NCBI GenBank assembly: GCA_002104945.1
Contig: MCFH01000046.1
Location: 310,001 to 374,000 of the forward strand
Length of the DNA: 64,000 nucleotides
Source of the DNA: Piromyces finnis finn
Lineage: Eukaryota; Fungi; Neocallimastigomycota
Direction: 5' to 3'
Below are positions 34,801-48,652 of the stretch, piece after piece. A program made the position numbers and the translations under genes. The first letter of the stretch is position 1. Each line of letters starts with the position of its first letter. The notes beneath the pieces are model-generated. The model did no database searches, had not been told where the DNA came from, and saw nothing but the letters and a program-made list of their open reading frames with translations.

Positions 34801-36138
34801 TCATGTTTTACTGGTGAAGAAAAGAAGAATGGTGAATCTGGATTTTGCTCACTAGCTGACTTAAGTGTAATACCATATTTAGCAGCTTCTTCTTGATCTT
34901 TTTGTATAATGCTAATAATATTATTTTTTTGGTGTTTTAAATGCTTTTCTGAAAATTTTTTAATGGATTCCATAAAACGATTAACTTTTTTGTCCTTATT
35001 TTTATTGGAATTTTCAGTTGTTAAATCTTCGTAATTGTTTTTTGAAGACTTAAATAAAATATCAATAACTGATTTTCCAACGATTTTATTTTTTATATTA
35101 TTTTTGATTAATCCACAAAAGATATCATTAATTGTTAAGATTTTTAAATTACCATCAGTAGTAATAGTAGCTTGAGATTGTTCAGATATTCTTAAAGGTG
35201 AACGATAATTACAAATGGTTGGAGTTGCAGCAAAACTTTTATTGATATTAAGATTCTGAGTATTAATGTTTAAACTCAATTTTGGACCTCCTAATGTTTT
35301 TTTGGAAGGTTGGGATGTTTTTAAATTATTATTATTAGTTGTTAATTCCTGATTATTATCATTAGATGGTTCTGGTTCTTCTTCAATAATAATTTTAATA
35401 TTATGATTTAATGATGAGATTTCTTTGTTTGAATTTCCAATAGATGCTGGAACATTCAATTTACTTTCATCAGGGGTTTTACTTGTCAAAAAGTGATTAA
35501 ATTTTGACTTTATATTTTCATGTTCAGATGTAGATATAAAGTTATTTACTTTGGATACGAAATTGCTTACTAACGGAGAAGGTCTTTTTATTCCTGCTGA
35601 TAATAATCCATTAAAATAACTATTATTTCTATTATAAATATCTAAACGAGACGAAATCTTTTGATAATCAGCATTATTAGATGAATAACTAAAACTATAT
35701 AGCGACTCATTTGAAAATTTGGATAATAAATGTGCATTTTTATTGAATGATTTTGAACTTTCTTTTAAATTTAATAAATTCTCCTCATCTTCACGAATTC
35801 TATATAAACCTGTTGGTTGAAAATCTTCTATTTGATATCCACTATCATTTAAAATTTAATTAATTTTTTAAAATATATTAATTATTATTATTTATAATCA
35901 TTATATAAAATACCTATTCAGTATTAAATTATCTATTGTATTTTTATAATCAATGGTTAAAAAAAAAGAAAAGAAAAAAAAAAATTTAAATATGCATTTG
36001 GAATACAATAAATAAAATATATTAATCAATTAATTTTCTCTATTTATTTATTATTCTGAAATATTATGATATAAAAAAATATTGACCTTCGCTTTTATAA
36101 TAATCATTATTATGATTATTATGTATCAAATTTGCCAT
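31833..36138 (-). CDS. PSK1: PAS-domain Ser/Thr kinase (PASK/Psk1-like), multi-exon
   Basis: PAS-like repeats (GIIVVNGCGKIKTFNSTFIKHLLGYSSSEL; KEVFGYNNTD). Kinase motifs LGDGAYGVVKLA, WVEDPELGKVPKE, HGFGMDLFDYVE, HRDIKDENI, IDFGS, FCGTIDYASPEVL and DVWALGILLY. The start codon at 36138 is tentative. Confidence 0.85.
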
Positions 36139-37544
36139 TAATATTTATGTAAATTATTAAAATATTCAAAAAATTATTAAAAAGTATAATACAATACTAT
36201 TATTGTTTTTAAAAAAATAATAATAACAATAAAACAGTATAAAAGAATTATTTAAAGATAATTAAAATAAAAAAAAACTATATTTTAAAATTATATAACC
36301 TTAATATTTATAACAGTTTATAAAATTATTGAAATTTTATTAAATATATAATCTCTTCAAAAATACAATAAAAAATTTTTTAAGTTTTATGGTAATAACA
36401 CATTAGGTTTTATTATTAAACAATTTTTTTGGACTTAATTACCACTAGCAATATTAAAAATAAAATATCAAACATTATCTATAAATAGTTTATAGTTTTA
36501 ATTTGTTTTACAAAATATAAATTATTACTATGAACAAATCAAATAGAATCAATTTTTTGCATATTTGATTCGTAACTACTACACTGTATTTCTAAAAAAT
36601 AAAATTACTCTTTATAAATTGCAATAACATTATTCTTCCAAATCAAAATATATTTATTTATAATTTTTTTTATTTATTTATTTCTATTTAATAACCTTTT
36701 TTTTATAATCAAACACAATATAATTAATAAAATAATTTATTATAAAATTTATTCAATTATATTTTCTTTATTAATCTTTAAAAAATGTCAACTGCATACC
36801 TATAACGTTGAATCTTGGTAAAATTGATTAACAACGCCTCAAACAACAGTTTTTTAATATTGCAAGCAGTTTTATACTTAAATCAAGTAAATAAAACTTA
36901 AATACTACAATGCAATTATCACATTTTCATATCGCGAAACTTGCGTTTTTAAATTACCTATTCTTATAATAGTAATTCTTTATACTTATTATAATTACCT
37001 TACTATTATAATTTTAATTTTTCTTTTTAAAGATTAATAAATTTTTCTAAAAGAAAATATAAATAGAAATAAGTAAATAAAAGAAATTTATAGCTAATAA
37101 ACTAAACATACTTGATTGGTCAGAACTAGCCAATAAATAAAAAGAAATTCTAAAATAAAAGAAATTTATACTACTACATGTATATATTAATGTATACAAA
37201 TTGTTTTGAAATCTACTTTAAAAACCATATTATTCTAATTATAATTTTTCATTAATAATTATAATTTTTATTGTCAACCATCTATAGAGACCTTAAAATA
37301 TGTAAAATATTTCGTACTACTTTAATAAAATATATATATAATCTTATTTTTTAATAAAGCATATAATAATAATTAAGATTAATAAAAGAAACTTTAAAAA
37401 ATTTATGTAAATATATATAACAAATAATAAGATAAATATAGAAATAATTAAAATTAGTATTTTATCCTAATATTAAAAAATAAAATTTTAATAATATACA
37501 TATATATTATTATTCCTACATAATATTTTATTGAAATTAAAAAA

Positions 37545-38384
37545 ATGATTGAAAAAATAGAAATTAATGAAGAAAATCGGATTAATGAAAAAGAAACTTC
37601 AATTAATAACGAAAATAATGCAAAGTCTGAAAAACTACAAGAAAAAAATAAACATATACTAACAATATCTCCACAAATAAAGTTGGTTGAAATTAAACCA
37701 CAAGCAGCGCCATTCCTTTTCCGGCTTATAAATGAAAATCGATACATTATGAGTGAACATATTCCATATTTTCAAAGAATTCAAGGAATTAATGATGTAA
37801 TAGATTTTATAAAAGCTAAATATGAAAAAGTTATTGAAACTGATTATATCTTTTCTTTGTTAACAAATAAAAATGCTATAAAAGAAAAACAGGCTTTCAG
37901 TAGTAAAAATAATGTTAATATTAATAATTCCTCTGAAAGAAATTTTTTATATTTTATCAATTATGAAAAAATTCCAATTGGGGTAATTGGTTTACTTAAT
38001 ATTGATTGGTATAATAGAATTGGTGAACTTCATTTTTGGATTGCAGTTAGATTCCAAAAAAAAGGTTTTATGAGTCAAGTGTTACCAAAAATGCTTGATT
38101 TTCTCTTTTATGATGTTAGATTAAATCGAATTATTGTAAAGTTAAGATCAACTAATAGTGCTGGAAAAATGATATTAAAAAAATTTGGTTTCATGTTAGA
38201 AGGGATTGAAAGGCAAAGTTTTTATTATATACCAGAAAATGAAATAGAAAATGGTGAGGGCAATGTAAATAAAATAAAAAAACAATTTGCGCAAATACGT
38301 CACCATAGATCTAAAAAAAATGATATTACAGGAAAATATTATGATATGTGTGTATATAGTTTAATTAGTCAAGATTATGTTTAA
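37545..38384 (+). CDS. GNAT N-acetyltransferase, RimJ/RimL family
   Basis: Intronless 279-aa ORF with PIGVIGLLNIDWYNRIGELHFWIAVRFQKKGFMSQVL..LFYDVRLNRI..TNSAGKMILKKFGFMLEGIERQ, matching the bacterial RimL/YdaF pattern. Confidence 0.85.
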   Translation: MIEKIEINEENRINEKETSINNENNAKSEKLQEKNKHILTISPQIKLVEIKPQAAPFLFRLINENRYIMSEHIPYFQRIQGINDVIDFIKAKYEKVIETDYIFSLLTNKNAIKEKQAFSSKNNVNINNSSERNFLYFINYEKIPIGVIGLLNIDWYNRIGELHFWIAVRFQKKGFMSQVLPKMLDFLFYDVRLNRIIVKLRSTNSAGKMILKKFGFMLEGIERQSFYYIPENEIENGEGNVNKIKKQFAQIRHHRSKKNDITGKYYDMCVYSLISQDYV

Positions 38385-40485
38385 AATTATTATCATATAA
38401 AATATATTTATATAATTTATCTAAAATAACAAGAATGATAATATTAAATTTAACTTTTTATATGCGTATTTAACAAATAAATTTTAATCACCCTTTAATA
38501 TAAATTGAAATTTATTTATTTATTTATTTATTTATTTATAAAATTTGTGTTTTAGTTTACTATCATAATTTATATATTATTTTTGTAATTTCATCAATTT
38601 TATAATTAAATATGTATATATGTTAATTCATTTTTTAATTTATAATTAAATAAATAAATAAGTGAATGAAATAAAAAATATTATCTACTATTCCTTTTAT
38701 TATGTATAATAAAATAATAAAAAAAAAATATCAATAAATTTTAATATATATCATATAAATTATATTTTATAATTATAAAAATATATCAATGGTTAGATTA
38801 AATGTTGATAAGTAATTAGTATTACAATTTTTTGTAAAATTTTATTTTCTTATTAAACTTATTATTTCTATCAGATAAAATATAAATAATATGAAATGCT
38901 TTTTAAGATATTTTTTATAAATATGATAATATATTGTATAAAATAAATGTCAATATTTATATTTATACCATATATCATATTTATTTATGATACTTTATTG
39001 AAAATACATTTTTCTTTTTGAAAACTTTTTTTTTATTGAAACTATATACATATTAATATAATACTATCATTAATTCTAATTACTTATTCTTATCTTAATA
39101 AAAACAACAATGTATAAATGTATAGATATTTATATATTTTAATAATAAAATAATTATGTATGGAAACATTATATATATACTTTTAATTAATTTAAATGCT
39201 TTTTTTTTTTTTTTTTTTTTTTGGTGGCACTAATTATTTAAATTTTTAATCTTTTTTATATATTATTAATTAATGTATAATACTATACAATTTTTACTTA
39301 TATGTATAAAGTAAGGAATTTTTTCTCTATTTAATAAATAATATTCATTCTTATTGTTAATATTATAATATTTGATTCTTTTTTTTATTGCCTATTAAAA
39401 AGGTTTATTTTTACTATATTATAAAAGAAACCTTTTGGTTCTATTTAAAAAATTTAATAATGAATATTTATGGTATAATTAAATTTTAATTTACTTTAAA
39501 AAAAAATAATAGGGTTAGATATTTTAAAATTATAAAATATATCTTACTTTATGTATGTTATAGTTATAAAAAAATATATGTATAGTATACTCGATATTTT
39601 ACTTAATAGTACAGTTAAAATAATGTTATACATAAATAAAAATATGTTTATAATAAAATTAAATTCTTATAAAAAAGTATATTTAGAAAATAATTATATT
39701 AATATTAATAAAATATGAAACTTCAATAATTCTATTTATAATATAATTAAACATTATTCTTTCGACTATTGAAAAATGAATATACATTTTTTTTTTTAAA
39801 ACTTATAAATCATATTTTATAATTATCAGTATTATAGTAATTAATTTATATTATTTTTTTTATTCAATATGATATAGTGAAAAATTATATATTTATTTAT
39901 TAAAGTTATACATAGAGAAAATATATTAAGATAGATTTTTTATTTTAAATTTTCCTCTTTTTTTTATTTTTAATGAAATTCAATTAAATGTTTGTGCTTA
40001 ATTAAAATCAAAAAATTAATTAAAATTTATTAAAATAAATATCTTACACAAAATAATAAATCAATATATTCATAATATATAAGATTGTATCTAATATATA
40101 CTATTTAATTAACTTTGGTGATACAATATCTATATAATAATATTTATATAGATAATATATATAACTTACATTTATATTGGATATGCTATAATAAAGTGTA
40201 TAGCCAATAGTAAAACTTTAATTCCATTTTTGTGTAAGGTAATACATTGAAAATTCCTTTTTTTTAATAATTATTTAAATAATATATTAAATATAATAAA
40301 CATTTTAATAGAATAAAATAAACAATATATGATATAATATATATTATTTATATTAAACTATATGAAATTTTAATAGTGGTAGATATTTATATTATAAAAT
40401 AACTATTATTATTGATAGAGGAGATTAATTTTCATTATTATTAGTATTTATATATATTTTTCTAAATAGTAATTAGAGACTTAGA

Positions 40486-40569
40486 GAAATAATATGATAA
40501 ATATTTATTATTAAGATATAAAACAAGCGAAATAATATGATAAATATTTATTATTAAGATATAAAACAA
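40486..40569. repeat. 43-nt-period tandem duplication
   Basis: GAAATAATATGATAAATATTTATTATTAAGATATAAAACAA occurs at 40486 and 40529. Confidence 0.9.
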
Positions 40570-41722
40570 AAGCATAATCTATGGCTTTATATATATTTAA
40601 ACAAAAAACTTTGTAAGTTTTTTTTGTAATTTTTCAAATAATATCAATATTAAAATTAATACAAAATTTGAGCTATCAATATATTTATTTTAAAATATAA
40701 ATATAATATATTAAATAATGTAATTCAATTTTAATTTCAAATATTACTTAGTATTATTAATTTATTTTCTTTAAAAAAAATTATTCCTTTTATTTTAATT
40801 TGTAATATCTTTTTTTTATTTTATTTCATTTTATTTCATTTTTATTTATTTATAATCTTACATTTAAATTAAACAGGATTTTATTGTTATCTCATAATTA
40901 TTATTATAATTTCTAATGATTTAGTTATATATATTATTTATATTCATCGTTTAAATCCATATTAATTTATTAAAAACATTAGTAGTTATTCAAATATTTT
41001 TATAATTATAATCATAATCGCATATCATATAATTTTAATTTTATGTCAAAGTATTTAAAGTATAAGGTGAATTATAAAATTAGGAATTTTTTGTATTTAT
41101 TTATATCATATTAATCCTATATAATTTATATCAATAGTAAATAGGTTACATTGATAATTATAGAACTTTAAGATACCACAAAAATCAATTCAGTATAATA
41201 AATAAAAATTATTTAGGAAATTAAATAATATTATATTTTAATACCCAATTTCGAAAAAAAAAGTAATTAATAATTTTAAAAATATATAATGATATATTTT
41301 ATTTTATTATATGAAAATAAATATATTAATATGAATAACTTTTATAGTTTGTAATAAAATAAAAATATCTACTAGATTACTTATTGTAATATGAAATTCA
41401 ATTTATATTTTATAAAAAGAATTATTAGATAATGCTAAGAAAATTATATTAATAACAAACAAAAAAGGAGAAAAAAAGAGAAAAGAAAATAAAAATAAAA
41501 AAGAATAAATAAGTAATTATAACAATACTATTTTATCAATAAAAATAATATATATTTGTTATTTATTATTTAATACTGAATAAATTATTTAATTTTACTG
41601 TACTGTAAATATAAATAATTGATAAAAAATCTTGTCATTTTTATTTATATCTATATATATTTAGATAATCAAGTATATAAATTATTATTCTCTTGTGATT
41701 TCCATAAATTATAAATTTAATA

Positions 41723-44700
41723 ATGAAATCTTCAGATAAACCAAAGAGCAATTCAATTAATTCAAAAAAAGGTAATGATAACGCAACCACAAAACCTTCT
41801 AAAAGTCCTATTACGATTCCGATAAAATATTCAAATAAGATGTTTTCTAAAAATGAAAAAGGAAAAAATAATAAACATATTTCGGTTTCAATATTTAATT
41901 TTAAGAATCACAAGAGGTCATCTTCAGTAACTTTACCTTTTTCAAAAATGTCTTTTTCTAAGTTAACTGCACAATTAAAACAAAGTCATCGACAATCTAA
42001 TTCAGGAAATTATTTATCATTTAAACCGAATATCAATTCAAATACTGAAACTTCTTCAATAAATAGTGAGAAGAAATCAAGAATCTCAACATCATTATCA
42101 TTTCCACCAATTTTTAAAAATAACTCAACGAAAGATGAAGGTAATTCTATAACTGCTTCAAAATCAAAAACTAATGGAATTGATTCTATTTATAATAAAT
42201 CTTGTGGTCGTTATGCATCATCAACACCGATATTAAATTATCAAAATCCAACAAGTATAACACCAAAATCAACCAAAAATAAATTAAAATATATCCCAAG
42301 AACTCGACGTAAATCATCTTTAAGTTCTTTATCTAAAACCTCTATATCTAAAAGCCCATCATCACCTTTGACTATTTCAGAAACAGAAAATGAAAAAGAA
42401 TCAATAAATAAAAAAGTAAGAAGCATTAATCATCCAAAAATAAATACTTTAAAAAATAAAACAGATACATTACAGGAAACAAGTGTTGAAATTTCAAATG
42501 GTAGTAGTAGTAATCAAAGTGCAATTAATAATATTAATGAACAATTAGTTTGTAATGATACTAATATTCAAAATAATGAGAATATTTTGGTAATTTTAGA
42601 CGGCAAAAAAAATATTCAAAAACATAATAATGATATTTCTAATAAAGTATTTTCCAACGATACAGTGAAGTCATGTAATAGCAATTGTACTACATTTTGT
42701 ACTAATACAAGTTGTGATAATCTTTGCGATTCAAAAGAATTAGCATCATCACAAATAGAAAATAATTCTAGTGAAACTATAAATAAAGAAAGTACATTAA
42801 GTATGTTTATGCCAAAAGCTGTTTTAGGAAAAAATAGTTTACAACACTCAATGCAAAGAGAAATTAATGGTATAATAGAGCGTTTCGATCAAACCTCACT
42901 TAACGATATTTCTGGTCTTGATCAAGAATCTACTCGTATGAATACCAATAATCTTTTATTAACAGCTTTGAATAATGATATAGTAAGATCGAAGAATAAA
43001 AGTGTTCCAAAAAGTGGTATATCTACTAATATTACAAATGAAAATATAACTAAAAATATAACTACTTATCAGAATGAATTAAAATATTCTGATTCAAGAA
43101 TTTATTTAAGTGATATTGATATTGCATGTCTAGATATCAATAAAATTAATAGCGATCTTAGTGAAAGTATTCCAGAGCCACTTAATATTGTTTATAATGA
43201 CACAATAACAGTTGCTCCTGTAACAATTACTGAATTTAATGATATACCCAATGCTACGAACAATCCAATTTCTTCTTATGAAAGTGGATTAAATCTGATA
43301 AATAGGAATTTAAGTGATAAAGAGTTATCGCAATCTTCAGAACAAATTTTTGCAAAAAATAGTAAAATTTCAGATGGTATTAAAAATGACGCAAACATTA
43401 ATAAGAATATAAAAATTAATAAAATAAATAATCAATCAAATGATTATTATTTAAATGAAAAAATTAATCATGTATCATTAAATAAAATTTTACATGGTGA
43501 TGTTCATACATCGGTATTGGAAAATGCTAGTAAAGGTAAACAGATAAAAAATATGTTACAGGATAATGTTAATAAAATTGATAATGAAGAACAAAAACCG
43601 AAGATTAAGGCTCGTGTTTCTTCACTAAGACAAACAAAAAATCAAAATACTGATATAATTATAAAAGAAGATGAAAACTTAAATCAACAAATATTGGAAA
43701 AAAAACAAAATAATACAAATGATGGAGTTTTGTCAATAAAAGAACCAGTGTTTAACAATATGAAACATCATCCACAACTATTACAAGTAACACCTTCATA
43801 TTTAACTAATTATCATCATGATTTAGAAACATTACATTTTTCAAAAAATAAAGAGTTATATTTACATAGCCAAAATAGTGAATTAATTAATAATAAAAGT
43901 AATATTGAATCTTTAAATGCATTAAAAACAGCACTATTATTCTTATCCAAAAATGAATCTAATTCCATAAATAATGATGATTATGAAAAAAACAATTCAT
44001 TATTAAATAGAAAATCTGACCCTAGTATCTCAATATTTACTAAAAGAAAATCAGCAAATACTATATCTGCTGTCAATAATAAAGTTATTAATAATAAAAA
44101 ATATTTGTCACTTCCATCTCTGTTATCATCAAATACTCTAATGCCATTAACTGATGGTGATGATGGTATGCTTGATAATTGTAAAGTAATGTATTCAGTA
44201 AGAAGTATAGATTCAGGTAGAAAACTTAGAGCCTATTATGGTATTGATTGTCCAATATTTTTAGGTGATGGCTCTAAATTAAAAATGTCGAATTACTATG
44301 GTGCAAATTTATATGATGAAGTAGAAGATAAAAACAAAGAAAATAAAAGAAAAAATCAAAAATTTGGCATTAAACGTTTAACATCATTTCTCCATTTAAG
44401 CAGTAATGAATTATCAGAACAAGAATATCCAAAAGATAAATTAAAAAATGATAAAGGTTAGAAAATTAATAAAGCACTATAAATTTAATTATTTTATGAA
44501 TTTAATTTTAATATAATATATTGTGTATTATATATTTTGTTATTTCTTTATAGAAGATTCAAAAAAGGAAGATTGTCCTGTTGAATATATTCCAGTATCA
44601 ATGGAAACAAAAGAAGAAAAAGAAGATCCATTAAATTTATATAACAAAAATGGTGAAATTATTCAGAATAATGATATTGACAGTAATCCAATAAATAAAG

Positions 44701-47700
44701 AAAAAATTATTATTCCAGTAAAAAGTGTAGTAACACCAAATTATTATAATGGAGGAGAATTAAAAAATGTTGGAGATTTAATAAAAAAGTATGATAAAGA
44801 TAGTGAAATATATAGTTCTAAAGAATTCAGTTTTAAGGATTCTTTCTCATACACACTTCCATGTACTAATGCATCGTTAAAAAAATCCTTATCATTGGTA
44901 AACGGAAGAGATGAAACGAAAACTACATTTAATATGATTCCATCACATCTTAGAAATGTAATTACAACCCCTACATATCAAGGATCATTTTGCGATACAG
45001 AACCCTATCTCTCATCTTTTTCTTTTGAACATAGTATATCAGAGTATTCATCATCAGATAATTCCTTTGCTTCCGTTAATGTTAAGAAAATTACATCTAC
45101 TACTACAACTACTATGAAACATCAAGTCAATTCATCTGTTTTAAAAAACGAAATTAATCCTTTAGAATTAGATAATTCTTATGTCATTAAGAAAGCTCAA
45201 GACGAAGAAGAAGAAATTGAAGAGGATAATATTTCATTTTCAATAGATGAAGGAAATAATATTGATAGTAGCTTCAATGATATATGTAGACATTCAACAA
45301 GTAAAATAAAAGATGAAGAAGTTGATAGTTTATTTTTACATACTTCAAATATGTATGAACTACCTGAAGTTGATATACCAAAGCAAGATATTCGTAATAA
45401 ACAAGATAACAAACTAAATAATTCAAAATTAAATATATCAAGTACTTCATTTACACAGGAAGAAATTAATTCATCATTATTTAAAGAATTATATAATAAA
45501 AGTTTTATAAAAGAAACCCAAAATACTATGTCATATTCAACAACAAGCTATTCCTATGACTCATTTTCAGAAAATCCAATCAATAATAACTATAGCTTTT
45601 TATTGGATGAGATTTACAATAATGGCAAAAATACTAATAAGAAATTAAATAATAATAGTGATAGTGACGATGACTATAACTTTTATGATCCACCGGAAGA
45701 TCTTAACTATTGTGATAACTACTTTGTTAACCGTAAAAAGAAATATAGACTTAAGAAGCCAACAAAAACAAAGAATAATAAGGAAGAAATTTCATTAAAA
45801 AAAACAAATAACACTTCTAAGTTAATTAATATTGACTCATTAAATAGTAAAATTTCTTCATTAAATAATATTTATGATGATAATTCAAAATCATTAAACA
45901 TTATACCAGATATAAAAAATTCTAGTTCATTAACTGCTACCACAACTACAAAGTCCACAGTAATTAAAAATATGAATAATACTCAAAATGCTACAAAAAA
46001 CCAATCTCTGACTAAAAGTGAATATTCTATTAAAAATACAGAAACAAAAACAACAATTATTGAAGATGATAAAGATGATGGTTATTCCTCATCAATATCT
46101 GTAACATCTTTTAATACTAAATTAAAAATATTTATTACCAATCAAACACAACCAGATTCCAATATAATTAAAAAACCACAATTAAGTGAAAGAAAATCAT
46201 CTCTTTCTTTCAGTGAAAATCAAATTGGTTTTTTATCAAAAATAAATAATGAAAACATTTTATTAAGTGATGAAAAAACAAAAAAAATAATTCAAACAAA
46301 TATAGAATTAAAGAATCAAAATTCAGTATCAGATAATAAAATAAATAATGATACATCAATGGAAATTGAAAGTAATATTAATGTTGTTATGAAAGGAGAA
46401 CAAAGTGATTATGAATTGAATTTAGAAGGTGACGATAATGAAGATAATCAAAGCATATCATTTATCAGAAAAAATACTAATACTATAAAACAAAATCTTA
46501 TAATGGAAAGAAAGTGCAAAAGAACAAAAAGAAATGAATCAAAGGATGCAATTAAGCGTTTCCCAAATAGTAAGAATGATGGAAGTATATTCCAAAAAAT
46601 GAATATTAACCAAAAGAAGAGCAAGAAATCTTTATTAACTACTTCGCTACACAGTCATCATTCTACTGATTTAGAAAAGGATGATCAAAAAGAAAATAAA
46701 ACAAATCAAAAGGGAACAATGAATATGTCAATTGATGGTAATGTCTTTTCGAAATATGATACCTACTCAACTTCTCTTCAAGAATTTCCTGATTTATATC
46801 CTCAATCTATTTCTTCATCCCTTTCCTCCATTTCTATTTCTGATAAGTATAGTAAAATGGAAACACAAGATAGATATGATTTATCTATGTCTTCATTTAG
46901 TCAAAGTGATTTTTATGAAGAAACAGACACAGAATATAGTTTTATTTCAAATAACATAAAATTATATCATCGCCAAAAAGCAAAGCATTATGCCAAGAAT
47001 AGGGAAGGTGTTACTTATCAATGTGGAGATAGTATGAACTTTTTTAATGATGAAGAATATAGCGCTACTGAAATACTTAAATATGCAGATGTATCGAACG
47101 AGCAACAATATAATGGTGAAACATTTAATGCTGATCAAATTGAAAATGTTGATCACTATCATAGTCTTCTTTCACAATTTTTATTAGAATTATTAAAGAA
47201 TGAGTGTTCAGAATATTTCTTTATATTCCATGATATGATTCAATTTCAATACAAAGTATTTCAAAATTGTGAACAATTTACTCGTGAAGGCCAAGAGATT
47301 TTTAATACTTATTTAACAAATTCCAGTGCCCTAAAAATTACAATTGATACTAAATTAGTTCACAAAATTGCTTATGGTATTAAATATTATGATCGTTGTT
47401 GTTTTATTCCATTGATTAATTTAATTTTGAAGGTATTGGAAAATAAATATTTAAAGTATAAATTGCACCAACAACCAATAGTTGAGACTGAAGGTAAATA
47501 GTTATTAATATTTAATTGAGTTTTTTAATAGTTATTAATATTTAATATTAATATATTATTTAATTTAGATCCAAATCATAAAAAAATAATTATGGAAGAA
47601 TATTGTGATGTTTTAGATAAACAATATTCAACCAATATTAACTCCCTCAAGATATTAAATGGACAAGAATCACCAAATCAAATTTATAAAAATATGTTAA

Positions 47701-47843
47701 TTCGCAAAAAAGTTTTAGACTTTTATGTTTTGATGTTTGGAAAAGATTACTTATTCAATAAGAAAAATGAAGGTTATTACTATAAATCAAAAATTATTAA
47801 TTTTTCAGAAAAGTTAATTAATCCTACAATTAAAATAAAATAA
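41723..47843 (+). CDS. Very large S/N/K-rich low-complexity protein with C-terminal RGS-like domain (3 exons, ~1982 aa)
   Basis: Exons 41723-44456, 44554-47493 and 47569-47843 are in frame. Near 47150-47465 is an RGS-like pattern: QFLLELLKNECSEYFFIF..EGQEIFNTYLTNSSALKITIDTKLVHKI..CFIPLINLILKVLENKY. Confidence 0.75.
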
Positions 47844-48113
47844 TTAGTTATATCAAATATATTTCTATCGAAAAAAAAAAAGGCAAAATCATTTAAGAAA
47901 ATTATCTCATAATTATCTCATAATTACTCAAAAAAAACAAAAAACAAAAAACAAAAAACAAAAAAAAAAAAAAACATATATATAATAAAGATTTTAATGA
48001 TTATATAATTTTATAATATATCAAAAAATTTCTTTTTAATTATATAATTAAGATTTTTTCTCTCTATCATTTTGATTCCACATAAGAAAATATTACATAT
48101 TTTTTACTTTTAA

Positions 48114-48144
<31 letters not shown>

Positions 48145-48652
48145 ATAAATCTCATTTTATTATATATTTTATAATTATAGAAGTAATAAAAAATATGTAT
48201 ATATGACATTATCATAATTATAATCATTTAATATCAAATATCAAATTATAAATAATTATTTAGTATATATATTTTTTCGTTTATTTTTTTTTTAAAAAAC
48301 CGAAACTATTTTTGAATTATAAATAGCAATAAGTAGTTTATTCTATTCATATTTAAAATAATGAATTTTTATTTATTAATTAAATATTTAATAAAAACTT
48401 CATTTAATAAAATTATTATTGAAAAGATTTATATTTTTTAATTTACTTTCAAATATTAAAATTATGGAAAAATATATATACAAATAAAAAAAAATGTGGC
48501 ACAATACTAGAGTATTTTTATTGTATCACAAAATAAAGTGACTACAATTATTAATTTATTGATTTAATATATACATTATTACAAAAATTGTAAAATATAT
48601 ATATTTTATTTTTTAAAAAAATTCTCTTTTTTTTTTAATTGAAAAAAAAAAA

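Noticed and set aside
40486-40569. Direct repeats as a CRISPR-like array
   Set aside because: Only two copies, no unique spacers, no cas genes and a eukaryotic context.
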